Source: an uncultured Clostridia bacterium (GTDB lineage: Bacteria > Bacillota > Clostridia > Christensenellales > UBA1242). From it: a stretch of 64,000 nucleotides of DNA. Position numbers and translations under genes: made by a program. Below, piece after piece: positions 1 to 11,100 of this stretch (position 1 is its first letter; the number at the start of each line of letters is the position of its first letter). The DNA is taken from assembly GCA_944376825.1 (NCBI GenBank), contig CALWDY010000014.1, positions 119,444-183,443 on the forward strand, in the 5' to 3' direction. Under the pieces are notes generated by a model. It searched no databases and was not told where the DNA came from. It was given only the letters and a program-made list of their open reading frames with translations.

Positions 1-398
1 GAACACTTTTGAAACAAAAATGCAACTCCAAAATTGTTGCCATCGACCCAAAAGAGAGCAAACTTTTAACTTTGGGCAAGAGCTTAGGCAAGCACCAAAT
101 TCAAGGAATAAGCGATGAAATTATACCAAAATTATACAACAAGGAAATTGTTGACCAAATAATTCAAATATCCTCAACTGATGCAATTGTTATGGCAAAA
201 AAACTTTCTAGCGTTTTGGGGCTTGGAGTTGGAATATCAAGTGGTGCAAACTTCTTGGGTTGTGTACTAAGTAATATAAATGGTGCAACAACAGTTTTTG
301 CAGATGACAATAAAAAATATCTTTCAATTTTAAATAAAAATCAACAAGTCTCACAACTTGCAAACAAAATAGAACTTGTTAATTATGAAATAATATAA
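1..398 (+). CDS. cysK: Cysteine synthase (O-acetylserine sulfhydrylase, CysK/CysM family), C-terminal fragment; the 5' end lies outside the window
   Basis: The frame is open from the window edge, and the listed 9..398 ORF begins at an internal TTG. It contains HQIQGI..IP and GISSGANFLG motifs typical of the C-terminal half of PLP-dependent cysteine synthases. The TAA stop is followed by a hairpin terminator. Confidence 0.7.
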   Translation, partial: TLLKQKCNSKIVAIDPKESKLLTLGKSLGKHQIQGISDEIIPKLYNKEIVDQIIQISSTDAIVMAKKLSSVLGLGVGISSGANFLGCVLSNINGATTVFADDNKKYLSILNKNQQVSQLANKIELVNYEII

Positions 399-435
399 AA
401 AATTAAGTTATCTCTTATTCTTATAAAACCAACAA

Positions 436-472
436 AAAAAGATAATGTATAAAACAAATACATTATCTTTTT
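436..472. terminator. Bidirectional rho-independent terminator shared by convergent cysK and rpoC
   Basis: A 15-bp perfect stem (436..450 pairs with 458..472) with a 7-nt loop AAAACAA. It has an A-run on the left and a T-run on the right, and sits between two convergent stop codons. Confidence 0.7.
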
Positions 473-509
473 ATTTTATATTAAATTTATTTCTATAAAT
501 TAACAATTT

Positions 510-3500
510 TTATTCGTTTGCAACTTCAACTGGTAAAAGTTCTCTATATTGTTTTAAACCTGTTCCTGCTGGAATAAGTTTTCCAATGATAACATTTTCT
601 TTAAGTCCACGCAAATGATCAACTTTTCCTTTAAGCGCAGCATCAGTCAGCACTCTTGAAGTTTGCTCAAACGATGCAGCAGATAAGAAACTTTCTGTTG
701 CAAGTGCAGCCTTTGTTAATCCAAGAAGAATTCTTTTTGCAGTCGCAGGAACTCCACCTTCTGCAAGAACTCTTTCATTTTCATCTTCATATACAAACAC
801 ATCAACAATTTCACCTGGGAGAAGTGTTGTATCTCCTGCACTTTCAATCTTAACTTTTTTAAGCATTTGTCTTATTATAACTTCAATATGTTTATCATTT
901 ATAGAAACATCTTGTGCTCTATAAACAGATATAACTTCGCTAAGCAAATAATCTTGAAGACCTTTTAATCCTTTTATTCTTAAAAGGTCTGTTGGATTGA
1001 TAGAACCTTCGTTAAGTTGTGTGCCCGCTTCAATTTTATCTCCTGATTTTACTTTTAAATAAACAGGTTTTTTAATTTCATACACAGCTTCTTCTTCGCT
1101 GTTTTTTACTGTTACAATATAAAATTTTGGTTCTTCTTTTACAGTAACTGTTCCAGCAATTTCACTTAGTCTGCTTTCACCTTTTGGTCTTCTTGCTTCA
1201 AAAATTTCTTCAACACGAGGAAGACCCTTTGTAATATCGGCAGCAACGGCAGCACCACCAGTATGGAATGTTCTCATTGTAAGCTGTGTTCCTGGTTCAC
1301 CAATACTTTGTGCAGCAATTACACCAACAGCTTCCCCAACTGAAATTTTTTCAAGATTTGCCATGTTTCTACCATAGCATTTTGCACAAACGCCATGACG
1401 AGAGCAACATGTTAAAAGTGTTCTTATTTCAACTGATTCTATGCCTGCATTTTCAATTTCTTTTGCTTGGTCTTTTGAAATCATTGTATTTGCTTTAACA
1501 ATAATTTCGTTTGTTTTTGGGTTTGCCACATCATTAACAGCAAATCTTCCAGATATTCTATCTGCAAGTGATTCTAACACTGCTTTATCCTGAATAAGAG
1601 CAGAAACTTTTACACCTTTAATCTTTTTGCCAATACTTTCAAAACAATCTTCTTCTGTTACAACAACATCTTGACTTATGTCAACAAGTCTTCTTGTTAA
1701 ATATCCAGAGTCCGCTGTTTTAAGTGCTGTATCGGCAAGACCTTTTCTACCACCACGAGATGACAAGAAGTATTCAAGTGGTGTAAGTCCGCCACGGAAT
1801 GAAGATTTAACAGGAATATCAACTTTTTGACCTGATGCATTGGCCATAATTCCTCTCATTCCACAAATACCGTTTAACTGAACGTTATTACCACGGGCAC
1901 CAGAAATAACCATCATTTTTAATGGGTTATAATCGTCTAGATGTTCTATAACTGCATCTTGAACTTTATTTGTTGTTTCAAACCATACATTCAAGTTTGC
2001 AGTAAGTTTTTCATCTAATGTCACAAGTCCCCTTGCCAATAGTTTTTCGTTTTCAAGAACTTTCTTTTGTGCGTCTTCAATTATCTCTTTTTTCTTTGGA
2101 GGTTCTTCCATATCGTACACATTTATTGTTAGTGATGCCAATGTTGAGTACTTATATCCAAGTTCCTTAAATCTGTCTACCATTTTTGAACATTCTGTTG
2201 TTCCTAGTTGTTCAAAACAAGCAACTGTGATTTTCTTTAAATCTCCTTTCATAACAGGATAATTTATTTCTAAATCACAAATATCTTCTGGATTTTCTCT
2301 TTTAACAAATCCAAGATTTTGTGGAATTGCTCTATTAAATATAATTCTACCAACAGTTGTTTTAATACGCTTTGAATAATTAACTCCATCAACACAAACA
2401 GTTCTTCTAACCAAAATTTCCGCTTGAATGTCAACTGCCTTTGTTTGATAAGCAATTATTGCTTCATCTTCACTTGCAAAAATGCTTCCTTCACCTTTAA
2501 CGCCTTTTTTAGTTTGTGTAAAGTAATAGCAACCAATAACCATATAAAATCCTCGTGTTATGATTGGAGCACCATCACTAAGTTTTAATATGTTATTTGA
2601 TGCAAGCATAAGTGTTCTTGCTTCCGTTCTTGCATCAATGCTAAGTGGAACGTGTACAGGCATTTGGTCACCGTCGAAGTCTGCGTTAAATCCAGTACAT
2701 ACTGATGGGTGAAGTCTAATTGCTCTTCCTTCAACAAGCACAGGTTCAAACGCTTGAATACTCAATCTGTGAAGTGTTGGCGCACGGTTTAAAAGCACTG
2801 GATGGTCTTTTATAACCTCACTTAGAACATCCCAAACAACTGGTTTTTCTTTTTCAATAAGTTTTTTAGCACTTTTAATGTTGCTTGATTGATTAAGTTC
2901 TACCAATCTTTTTATTATAAATGGTTTAAAAAGTTCAAGAGCCATTTCTTTTGGAAGTCCACATTGATACATTTTAAGATCTGGACCAACGGTAATAACA
3001 GAACGACCAGAATAGTCAACTCTTTTTCCAAGAAGATTTTGTCTAAATCTTCCCTGTTTACCTGTAAGTATTGCAGTTAATGATTTTAAATCTTTTTGTT
3101 TTGCACCTTGAACAGCTTTTCCTCTTTTTCCGTTATCAATTAAAGAGTCAACTGCTTCTTGCAACATTCTCTTTTCATTTCTAATAATAACGTCGGGAGC
3201 CCCTAGTTCCATTAATTTTTTAAGTCTGTTGTTTCTGTTTATTACTCTTCTATATAAATCGTTTAAATCGCTTGTTGCAAATCTGCCACCATCAAGTTGA
3301 ACCATTGGTCTAAGTTCTGGTGGAAGTACAGGCAACACATCTAAAACCATCCATTGAGGTTTATTTCCACTAGTTAAAAACGACTCAACAACATCAAGTT
3401 TTTTGATTGCTTTTAATCTTTTTTGACCTTTTGCTGTTTCTAAAATTTCTTTTAGTTCTTTGCTTTCTTTTTCAAGGTCGACTTCGCTTAAAAGTCTTTT

Positions 3501-4028
3501 TATTGCTTCCGCACCCATGCCTGCAACAAAACTGTTTGGCCCATACATTTCCTGAGCCTCACGATATTCTTTGTCGCTTATTATTTGCTTGTATGTGAAA
3601 TTTGTGTTTTTTGGATCTAATATTATCCAGTTTACATAGTAAACAACTTGCTCTAATGCTTTTGGCGAAATATCTAGTATTGTTCCAATTCTTGATGGAA
3701 CGCTTCTAAAAAACCAAATATGAGTAACAGGAGCAGCAAGTTCTATGTGTCCCATTCTTTCACGACGAACCTTTGCACGAGTAACTTCAACGCCACATTT
3801 GTCGCACACCACCCCTTTATATCTAATTCTTTTATATTTTCCACAATGGCATTCCCAGTCTTTTCTTGGTCCAAAAATTTTTTCACAAAACAAACCATCT
3901 TTTTCTGGTTTTTGTGTTCTGTAATTGATTGTTTCTGGTTTTGTTACTTCACCATGAGACCATTCTCTTATTTTCTCTGGTGAAGCAATGCCAATTTGTA
4001 TGGAATCAAAGTTATTAAGTTCAAACAT
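510..4028 (-). CDS. rpoC: DNA-directed RNA polymerase subunit beta-prime
   Basis: 1172 aa. It has the N-terminal zinc-binding cluster [15 protein letters not shown] and the catalytic NADFDGD motif. AGGAGA lies upstream of the ATG, and the gene is 53 bp downstream of rpoB. Confidence 0.97.
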   Translation of the reverse strand: MFELNNFDSIQIGIASPEKIREWSHGEVTKPETINYRTQKPEKDGLFCEKIFGPRKDWECHCGKYKRIRYKGVVCDKCGVEVTRAKVRRERMGHIELAAPVTHIWFFRSVPSRIGTILDISPKALEQVVYYVNWIILDPKNTNFTYKQIISDKEYREAQEMYGPNSFVAGMGAEAIKRLLSEVDLEKESKELKEILETAKGQKRLKAIKKLDVVESFLTSGNKPQWMVLDVLPVLPPELRPMVQLDGGRFATSDLNDLYRRVINRNNRLKKLMELGAPDVIIRNEKRMLQEAVDSLIDNGKRGKAVQGAKQKDLKSLTAILTGKQGRFRQNLLGKRVDYSGRSVITVGPDLKMYQCGLPKEMALELFKPFIIKRLVELNQSSNIKSAKKLIEKEKPVVWDVLSEVIKDHPVLLNRAPTLHRLSIQAFEPVLVEGRAIRLHPSVCTGFNADFDGDQMPVHVPLSIDARTEARTLMLASNNILKLSDGAPIITRGFYMVIGCYYFTQTKKGVKGEGSIFASEDEAIIAYQTKAVDIQAEILVRRTVCVDGVNYSKRIKTTVGRIIFNRAIPQNLGFVKRENPEDICDLEINYPVMKGDLKKITVACFEQLGTTECSKMVDRFKELGYKYSTLASLTINVYDMEEPPKKKEIIEDAQKKVLENEKLLARGLVTLDEKLTANLNVWFETTNKVQDAVIEHLDDYNPLKMMVISGARGNNVQLNGICGMRGIMANASGQKVDIPVKSSFRGGLTPLEYFLSSRGGRKGLADTALKTADSGYLTRRLVDISQDVVVTEEDCFESIGKKIKGVKVSALIQDKAVLESLADRISGRFAVNDVANPKTNEIIVKANTMISKDQAKEIENAGIESVEIRTLLTCCSRHGVCAKCYGRNMANLEKISVGEAVGVIAAQSIGEPGTQLTMRTFHTGGAAVAADITKGLPRVEEIFEARRPKGESRLSEIAGTVTVKEEPKFYIVTVKNSEEEAVYEIKKPVYLKVKSGDKIEAGTQLNEGSINPTDLLRIKGLKGLQDYLLSEVISVYRAQDVSINDKHIEVIIRQMLKKVKIESAGDTTLLPGEIVDVFVYEDENERVLAEGGVPATAKRILLGLTKAALATESFLSAASFEQTSRVLTDAALKGKVDHLRGLKENVIIGKLIPAGTGLKQYRELLPVEVANE

Positions 4029-4081
4029 TATTTTTCTCCTAATTTTAAATGTTTATATCAATGAAAAATTTCATATAATAA

Positions 4082-7000
4082 CTATTCATCAAAGTTGTCA
4101 AACTCATCAAATAAGTTGTCTACATCAAATTCTTGTTTAACTTCTTCTTGCGATATTATATCGCTAGTTGTGTCTTCATTATCAAAATCAAGACTTATGT
4201 CTTTAAGTTCTTCTTCAACTTCATGTCCAAGTGATGGAGTATCTAATTCATCATTTGAAAGTTCTTGAATTGAAACTTCCTTGTTGTCTTCTGTTAAAAT
4301 TTTAACATCTAGACCAAGTGATTGTAATTCTTTAATTAAACCTTTAAAGCTTTCTGGAATTCCAGGTTCGGCTATTGGTTGACCTTTCACAATTGCTTCA
4401 TATGTTTTTGTTCTTCCAACAATGTCATCCGACTTAACAGTAAGAATTTCTTGAAGAACAGAAGATGCACCATATGCTTCAAGCGCCCAAACTTCCATTT
4501 CACCAAATCTTTGTCCACCAAACATTGCTTTACCACCAAGTGGTTGTTGTGTTACAAGTGAGTATGGCCCTGTTGAACGGGCATGCATTTTACTATCTAC
4601 CATGTGATCAAGTTTCAACATAAACTTATATCCAACTGTTGCTGGGTGATCAAAAGGTTCACCAGTTCTGCCATCATATAATTGAATTTTTCCATCTTCT
4701 GGGAAATTATTTGCTACTAAAAGTTGTTTAATTTGATTTGCATCTGCGCCATCAAATACTGGTGTGGCAACTTTCCAACCGAGTGTTCCGGCAACAAGTC
4801 CCAAGTGGACTTCAAGAACCTGACCAACATTCATACGGGATGGAATACCAAGTGGGTTTAGCACAATGTCAAGAGGCTGACCGTTTGCCATAAATGGCAT
4901 ATCTGCTTCAGGAAGCACTCTTGAAACAACACCTTTGTTTCCGTGACGACCAGACATTTTATCACCAACAGATAATTTTCTTCTTTGTGCAACATACACT
5001 TTAACAAGCATGTTTACACCAGGTTCAAGTTCGTCTTTATTTTTTCTTGAAAAAACTTCAACATGAGTAACAACTCCACCTGCACCATGCTTAACTCTAA
5101 GAGATGTGTCCCTAACTTCTCTTGCCTTATCTCCAAATATCGCTCTTAAGAGTCTTTCTTCTGGTGTAAGTTCTGTTTCGCCTTTTGGCGTAACTTTACC
5201 AACCAAAATATCGCCCGGTTTAACTTCTGCACCAACTCTTACAATGCCGTGCTCATCAAGATTTTTAAGAGCATCTTCTCCAAGATTTGGAATATCTCTT
5301 GTTATTTCTTCATCTCCAAGTTTTGTTGCCCTGCATGGCATTTCTTCAACTTTTAGAGTAATTGAAGTGTAAACATCTTCTTTAACTATTCTTTCACTAA
5401 TTAAAATAGCATCTTCGTAGTTATATCCTTCCCAGTTCATGTATCCAACAAGAACGTTTTTGCCAAGTGCAAGTTCTCCGTTTTGTGTTGCATAACCATC
5501 TGCAAGAAGATCACCTTTTTTAACTTTTTGACCTTTTACGCAATTTGGTTTTTGGTTGTTACATGTATCTGCGTTTGTTTTTTGGAATTTTATTAGTTTA
5601 TATACATCTTCTTCGCCATTGTCAGCTGTTACAATTATGTGGTCAGCACTAACATACGAAACAGTTCCATCTCTTTTTGCTGTAATCATATCACCACAAT
5701 CTTGAGCGATAGGTCTTTCCATTCCGGTTCCAACAATTGGAGCTTCAGGTCTTAAAACTGGAACTGCTTGTCTTTGCATGTTTGATCCCATAAGTGCACG
5801 AGCAGAGTCGTCATTTTCAAGGAATGGGATAAGAGCTGTTGCGGCAGAAATGAATTGTCTTGGAGAAACATCCATATATTCAACTCTTTCTTTTGGAACT
5901 TCCACAATGGAATTTTTATGTCTGCAAAGCACACGACTGTTTACAAACTTGCCATTTTCATCAAGAGGTTCAACAGCTTGTGCAATATATGAAGTATCTT
6001 CAATATCTGCCATATAATATTCGTAAGATTTTGAAACCACACCTGTTTCTTTGTCTACTTTTCTATATGGTGTTTCCATAAAGCCATATTCGTTTATTTT
6101 TGCGTAAGATGCAAGTGTGTTTATAAGACCAATACTTTGACCTTCTGGTGTTTCAATTGCACATATTCTTCCGTAATGAGTGTAGTGAATATCACGAACT
6201 TCTGCTGATGCTCTTTCTTTTTTAACACCCCCAGGACCAACGGCAGAGAATTTTCTTTTTTGTGTCAATCCGCTAAGAGAGTTAATTTGGTCCATAAGTT
6301 GTGATAGTTGAGATTGCGCAATGAAGTCTTTTAATGCTTTGTTCACTGGTCTTGGGTTTACAATTTGCGCTGGTGTAACTTCGCTTAATTCTTTTCCTTG
6401 GAGTGTTTCTTTTATATTTGCACCAAGTTTTTTAACACCTGCTCTAAATGCGTTGCCAATAAGTTCGCCAACAGAAGCAACTCTTTTATTTGACAAGTGG
6501 TCAATATTATCAACTTCGCCAACACCTTCAATTAAATCAAGATAATAACTTATTGTTGCCAATATATCATCCATTGTAAGAGTTGTAATCATAAGTTCTT
6601 TGGCGTTTTGTTTAATTGCTTCAATGCGTTTTTCTTTTGTTTTGTTTTCTTTTAAAATTTGCATTAGTTTTGGATAGTAAACATCTTCAAGTATTCCAAG
6701 TTCTTTTTCATCACATGGGAAAATTTTGCTTAACTTAACACGATTGTTTCCCCTAATTAAATGATGTCTACCATTAAGTTCAACATAAACTTCATTTATT
6801 CCACTATCCTGTATTTGTCTTGCAACTTCACCGTTAATTTTTTCGCCAGCCTTAACAACAACTTCATCGTCAATAACAATGTTTTGAGCACTAAATAGCC
6901 CAGTTATTCTTGTTGCAAGTGAAAGTTTTTTGTTTATTTTGTATCTTCCAACCCTGTTTACATTATAGTATGCATCAGAGAAGAATAACAAATTGATATA

Positions 7001-7765
7001 GTTTCTTGTGCTTTCAGCGGAAGGAACATCAGCAGGTCTTGTTTTTCTTGCAAATTCAATAAGTGCTTCTTCCTGAGTTGTTTGTGGTTCTTTTTCTATT
7101 ATTTGTTTAATTAAACGATGATTGCCATACATATTTAAAATTTCTTCGTTTGTATAGCCAAAACACTTTAAAAATAGTCCAAGAGTGATTTTATGTGAAC
7201 GGTCTAAAACCATTTTCAAAACTTCATTTGCACCTTGTTCAATTTCAAGCCACATACCATGACTTGGATAAATTTGACCTCTAAGTGTTGAATTGTCATC
7301 TTTATCTCTTGTAAAATATACACTAGGAGAACGAGTTACTTGACTAACAACCACTCTTTCAATACCGTTAAACAAGAAAGAACCTTGTTCTGTCATAAGT
7401 GGGATATCTCCAAGATAAACATCTTGATCTATCGCTTCGCCACTATCTTCAATAACAAGTCTTGTTTTTACTTTAAGCGGAAAAGAATAAGAAAGTCCTC
7501 TTCTTCTTGATTCTCTTAAATCGTACTTTGGTTTTTCCGTCATGTCGACATCAAGAAAATATAACTTTGCTTTTCCACTATAATCTGTTATAGGCGATAA
7601 TTCTTGCAAAATTTCATATATTCCGTGTTCCAAAAATTCTTTATAAGCATCTTTTTGAATTTCAAGAAGGTTTGGAAGGGTTGCAATATCTTCAAGTTTT
7701 GCAAAAGTATACCTTTCATTTTTACCACATTTAATTTTTTTAAGTGTTGGCATTGTTTGTTGCAT
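4082..7765 (-). CDS. rpoB: DNA-directed RNA polymerase subunit beta
   Basis: 1227 aa. It carries conserved beta-subunit blocks (NMQRQAVP, GDKMSGRHGNKGV, GGQRFGEMEVWALEAYGA). AGGAGA lies 8 nt upstream of the ATG. Confidence 0.97.
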   Translation of the reverse strand: MQQTMPTLKKIKCGKNERYTFAKLEDIATLPNLLEIQKDAYKEFLEHGIYEILQELSPITDYSGKAKLYFLDVDMTEKPKYDLRESRRRGLSYSFPLKVKTRLVIEDSGEAIDQDVYLGDIPLMTEQGSFLFNGIERVVVSQVTRSPSVYFTRDKDDNSTLRGQIYPSHGMWLEIEQGANEVLKMVLDRSHKITLGLFLKCFGYTNEEILNMYGNHRLIKQIIEKEPQTTQEEALIEFARKTRPADVPSAESTRNYINLLFFSDAYYNVNRVGRYKINKKLSLATRITGLFSAQNIVIDDEVVVKAGEKINGEVARQIQDSGINEVYVELNGRHHLIRGNNRVKLSKIFPCDEKELGILEDVYYPKLMQILKENKTKEKRIEAIKQNAKELMITTLTMDDILATISYYLDLIEGVGEVDNIDHLSNKRVASVGELIGNAFRAGVKKLGANIKETLQGKELSEVTPAQIVNPRPVNKALKDFIAQSQLSQLMDQINSLSGLTQKRKFSAVGPGGVKKERASAEVRDIHYTHYGRICAIETPEGQSIGLINTLASYAKINEYGFMETPYRKVDKETGVVSKSYEYYMADIEDTSYIAQAVEPLDENGKFVNSRVLCRHKNSIVEVPKERVEYMDVSPRQFISAATALIPFLENDDSARALMGSNMQRQAVPVLRPEAPIVGTGMERPIAQDCGDMITAKRDGTVSYVSADHIIVTADNGEEDVYKLIKFQKTNADTCNNQKPNCVKGQKVKKGDLLADGYATQNGELALGKNVLVGYMNWEGYNYEDAILISERIVKEDVYTSITLKVEEMPCRATKLGDEEITRDIPNLGEDALKNLDEHGIVRVGAEVKPGDILVGKVTPKGETELTPEERLLRAIFGDKAREVRDTSLRVKHGAGGVVTHVEVFSRKNKDELEPGVNMLVKVYVAQRRKLSVGDKMSGRHGNKGVVSRVLPEADMPFMANGQPLDIVLNPLGIPSRMNVGQVLEVHLGLVAGTLGWKVATPVFDGADANQIKQLLVANNFPEDGKIQLYDGRTGEPFDHPATVGYKFMLKLDHMVDSKMHARSTGPYSLVTQQPLGGKAMFGGQRFGEMEVWALEAYGASSVLQEILTVKSDDIVGRTKTYEAIVKGQPIAEPGIPESFKGLIKELQSLGLDVKILTEDNKEVSIQELSNDELDTPSLGHEVEEELKDISLDFDNEDTTSDIISQEEVKQEFDVDNLFDEFDNFDE

Positions 7766-7958
7766 TTCTACATTCTCCTTGTATCTAAATTATTAGTGAA
7801 ATTAGAACAGCATTTTACATATTGCGTTTTGCATGTTTAATTTACTTTGCACTTAACATGAAAATAACAAGCAAAATCACACAGTTTTCCCCGTGTTATG
7901 TGCCTGTCTTTCATTCTATTAAATTAGAATATTTTAACTTTTATCACTATTCGAATAA

Positions 7959-8083
7959 TATTCCTTAGGAAATTATAAACATTTGCATTATTTTTGTCAA
8001 CACAATTGCAAAAACATTTTTTATTTTTTGTTAAGTTTTTGACAATAAAAGTGTTTTTTATACATTGTTTTTCCTAAGGAATA
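7959..8083. repeat. 14-nt perfect inverted repeat bracketing the rpoB promoter (TATTCCTTAGGAAA at 7959..7972; TTTCCTAAGGAATA at 8070..8083)
   Basis: Read directly from the sequence. The arms are exact reverse complements 97 bp apart. One arm overlaps the -10 and predicted start site, and the other lies about 70 bp upstream of the -35. Confidence 0.8.
7972..8000 (-). promoter_or_regulatory. Sigma-A type promoter of rpoBC with perfect consensus TTGACA-17-TATAAT
   Basis: On the minus strand, TTGACA is at 8000..7995, followed by a 17-nt spacer and TATAAT at 7977..7972. This implies a leader of about 200 nt before the rpoB ATG at 7765. Confidence 0.6.
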
Positions 8084-8114
8084 CCTTCAAACTTATTAAA
8101 TTTTAAATAGAAAA

Positions 8115-11100
8115 TTAATTGTTATCACCTATAAATTGTTTATAAATATCGTAAGCATTATCTGTATGTTCATTATCAGGCAAGTTATATGCTTGACCAT
8201 TTATGTTAATTACAACTTGCGTTGCTTGGCTTAGTGTGAGTTGTTTTTCTGCTTCAAACCCTATCACGTAACCAAAACTAATTTGAAATTCTTTTGGAAT
8301 ACCATTTGAGTTGTTTCCATTTCGTATGTTTTGAACATTTATTTTTGTTTCAATATTTACAGTTGGTTCTGTTATATCAAGTGTCCATTGATCAAAAGCC
8401 ACTCCTCCATATGAACCGTTACCATCATATCCACCAAACAAATATCCCACACTTAAATAGAAATTAGTTGAAATGCTATCTCCTGTTAAAATTGAACCAT
8501 AAACTTTTACATCTGTTTCAATTATTGCATTTAACGAAATTTGGTCTAATGTGATTGATTGTAACAGACCTTCAATCTTTGTGTAGTCACTTGTAATTTT
8601 TCCAACAACACCACCTACATACATCTGTATAGTATCTTCATCACTTGCAGGTTTTTGCATTTTTATTGTAGTCTTGTTATCAACTTCACCAATATTTGCA
8701 TTTATAAGGCTTACATTTACATTTTTATTTGCATCAAGTTTAAGTTCTCCAATAACCCCACCAACAATATTTCTTCCAATAATGTTTTGTCCATAGAAGT
8801 TAAAGTTATTTACGCTAATTGTTTGCAAAACTTTTCCAGCAAGCCCACCAACAGCACTTGGCAACTGCGATTTTGTATATTCAAATGTTATATCTTCATA
8901 TATGTTCACATTTTCAAGTGTTCCACCTCGAATGATACCACCAACACCACCAACTGCCAAAGGAACTCTTGGCTCTAATCTAAATAGGTCATAAAGTTTT
9001 TCTTGGTCTTGTGGTTTTTCTACTAAAACATCTTTTAGTATACCCTTTAAATCTCCAACAATTAACCCTGCATATGCGCTTGCTCTAATAAAGTTTTGTT
9101 GGCCATATGATGTTGTTAAAATAATATTTTCAACCGTTGCGTTTATACCAATTCCGCCAAACATGAATCCGCAAATCATACCAATTGACGCAACATCGTT
9201 TGTAATTTTTGGATTTATTATTGTTCCCGTTCCAGCAACATAACCAACAATACTACCAGCATAAGAAACCGTGTCGGCATTTGTTCCCATTTCTTCGTAA
9301 AGAATTTTGTCTTGAACATTATTATAATCAGCACTTAAATTTGTGTAATATGCATTTGCCGAAATTGATGAATAAAGTCCATTTATATCAAAACTAGATA
9401 TTGTTCTTCCAAAAATTCCACCAACAATATTTCTGCCAAGAATTACCATGCCTTGACTATTTAATTTATAAGCATCAACATTTATGTTATACACATATGC
9501 CCTATTTACTGTACCGGCGACTGTTCCAACATTATAAGCATTTGGAAGATTTATATATTTTGGAGCAAACACCAAGTTTTGAACTGTTGCATAATTTAGT
9601 CCATCACCAATTTGAGAGAAGTAACCTGAACTTAAAAGATTTTCGTTTGTATTTATTGAGAATCCTGAAATTTCCATTCCATTACCCTCTATGAAACCTG
9701 CAAAAGTTGTTTTGTATAATGAACTTACAACCAAGTTTTCATCGGTATAGTTTATATCTTTAACAAATCTGTAATTTAATGTGTTTATATTTTTTAATGA
9801 GTTGTTAATAACATGATTTTCAAACTGCGATGCACTATAAACTATTATTGGATTATATTTTGAACCATCTTCAGCATAGATATTTGAAGTAAAATAGTTA
9901 TAAGTATAAACGCCTGTTTCATCATCATAAGAAGATGTTAATTCTTTTTCGCTATAAGCAAGTGTATTTGCCGAAACAAGTTGCAATCTGTTTGCAACAA
10001 ATTTTTGTTGTGTTCCATTGTATGTGTATTGAGAGTATGTAACATAACTTGTGTTTTGTATATATTTTTGATGGTCAATTATTGAAATTGTGTCACCAAC
10101 CTCAAACTCGTGAGCATTATCCGTTTGTGCAAAGAACCATACACCACTGTTTATTTCGTTGTTTTTATTTACAACAAATTCAGTAAAGAGTTGTTTTTCT
10201 TGCACAACATTACCAACAACTTCATGTCGTGTTACAAATTCACTTAATGAAGTTGGTCTTAGCCCATCTATACTAGCATTTGATTGATTTACGTTTACAT
10301 TAAACAAATCATCGCTTAAATAGTAACAACTTTCTAATATAGAACCCTCACCTTGACTTACAATAAACGGATAGTTTTCGTAGTCGCCGTCACCAAGTTT
10401 AGAAGTTGTATAACATCTCTTAATAGTTCCATTATTTGTGTAAACAAACCCAGAGTTTCTTGAAGAAGCAACAACTGGTATATTTGCATAGCAATCTGCA
10501 ATTTCGCCTGCATTTTGATAAACAAATGCACCCGCAATTGATGAAGCACTTACAATATTTATTGTATTTTCTGCAAAGATTTTAATTATACCTTCATTAT
10601 ACGAGCCTTCAATAAAACTTGTTAAAATTGTTCCGTTGTTCAAAACTACAAGTCCACCGGTTGAGTTGTTTGCGTTTGAACTTGAATTTTTTATTAAACT
10701 ATCTTTTACATAACTTGAAGCAATATGTCCATTGTTTACAGCAACAAGGCCACTAAGGTTTGCACCCGTTGATTCAATTTTGATATTTGCCCTACTATTT
10801 GTTATAAATCCATTGTTTATACCAACAAGTCCTGCAATATATGATGTGTTTGTATTTGTTACAGAAGAATTATTTGAAACAATTAAATATGATGATGCAT
10901 TTGCCATTGTAACAAAACAGTTTGTTATTACACCGTTATTCACTCCTGCCAAAAGTCCAAAATTAAATGAGTTAGAAGAAAGTGTATTATCGAATGAAAA
11001 CATAGTTGTTCCAAACCCACCAATTTCAATTGTCAAATTTGAAATTATTGTATTATTGTCAATAGTTTCAAAAATGCCATAATTTTCAACATTGGTATAC

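Noticed and set aside
656-7840. Plus-strand ORFs of 60-88 aa antisense to rpoC and rpoB (for example 656..853, 3720..3983, 5106..5372, 7604..7840)
   Set aside because: They lie entirely within, or overlap, strongly supported conserved genes on the other strand. Their translations are low-complexity (L/F/S/Q-rich) and have no RBS. This is what long genes produce by chance.
7766-7965. The roughly 200-nt rpoB leader as a riboswitch or classical attenuator
   Set aside because: Manual folding gives only short AU-rich stems of 6-7 bp (GAATATT/AATATTC, ATTCTA/TAGAAT, CATGTT/AACATG). There is no GC-rich terminator followed by a U-tract and no recognisable conserved riboswitch core.
8039-8066. Plus-strand TTGACA-16 nt-TACATT promoter-like element upstream of nothing
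   Set aside because: The -10 is weak. The only downstream plus-strand sequence is antisense to the giant gene, and no plus-strand ORF or RNA structure follows. An antisense transcript cannot be excluded but is unsupported.
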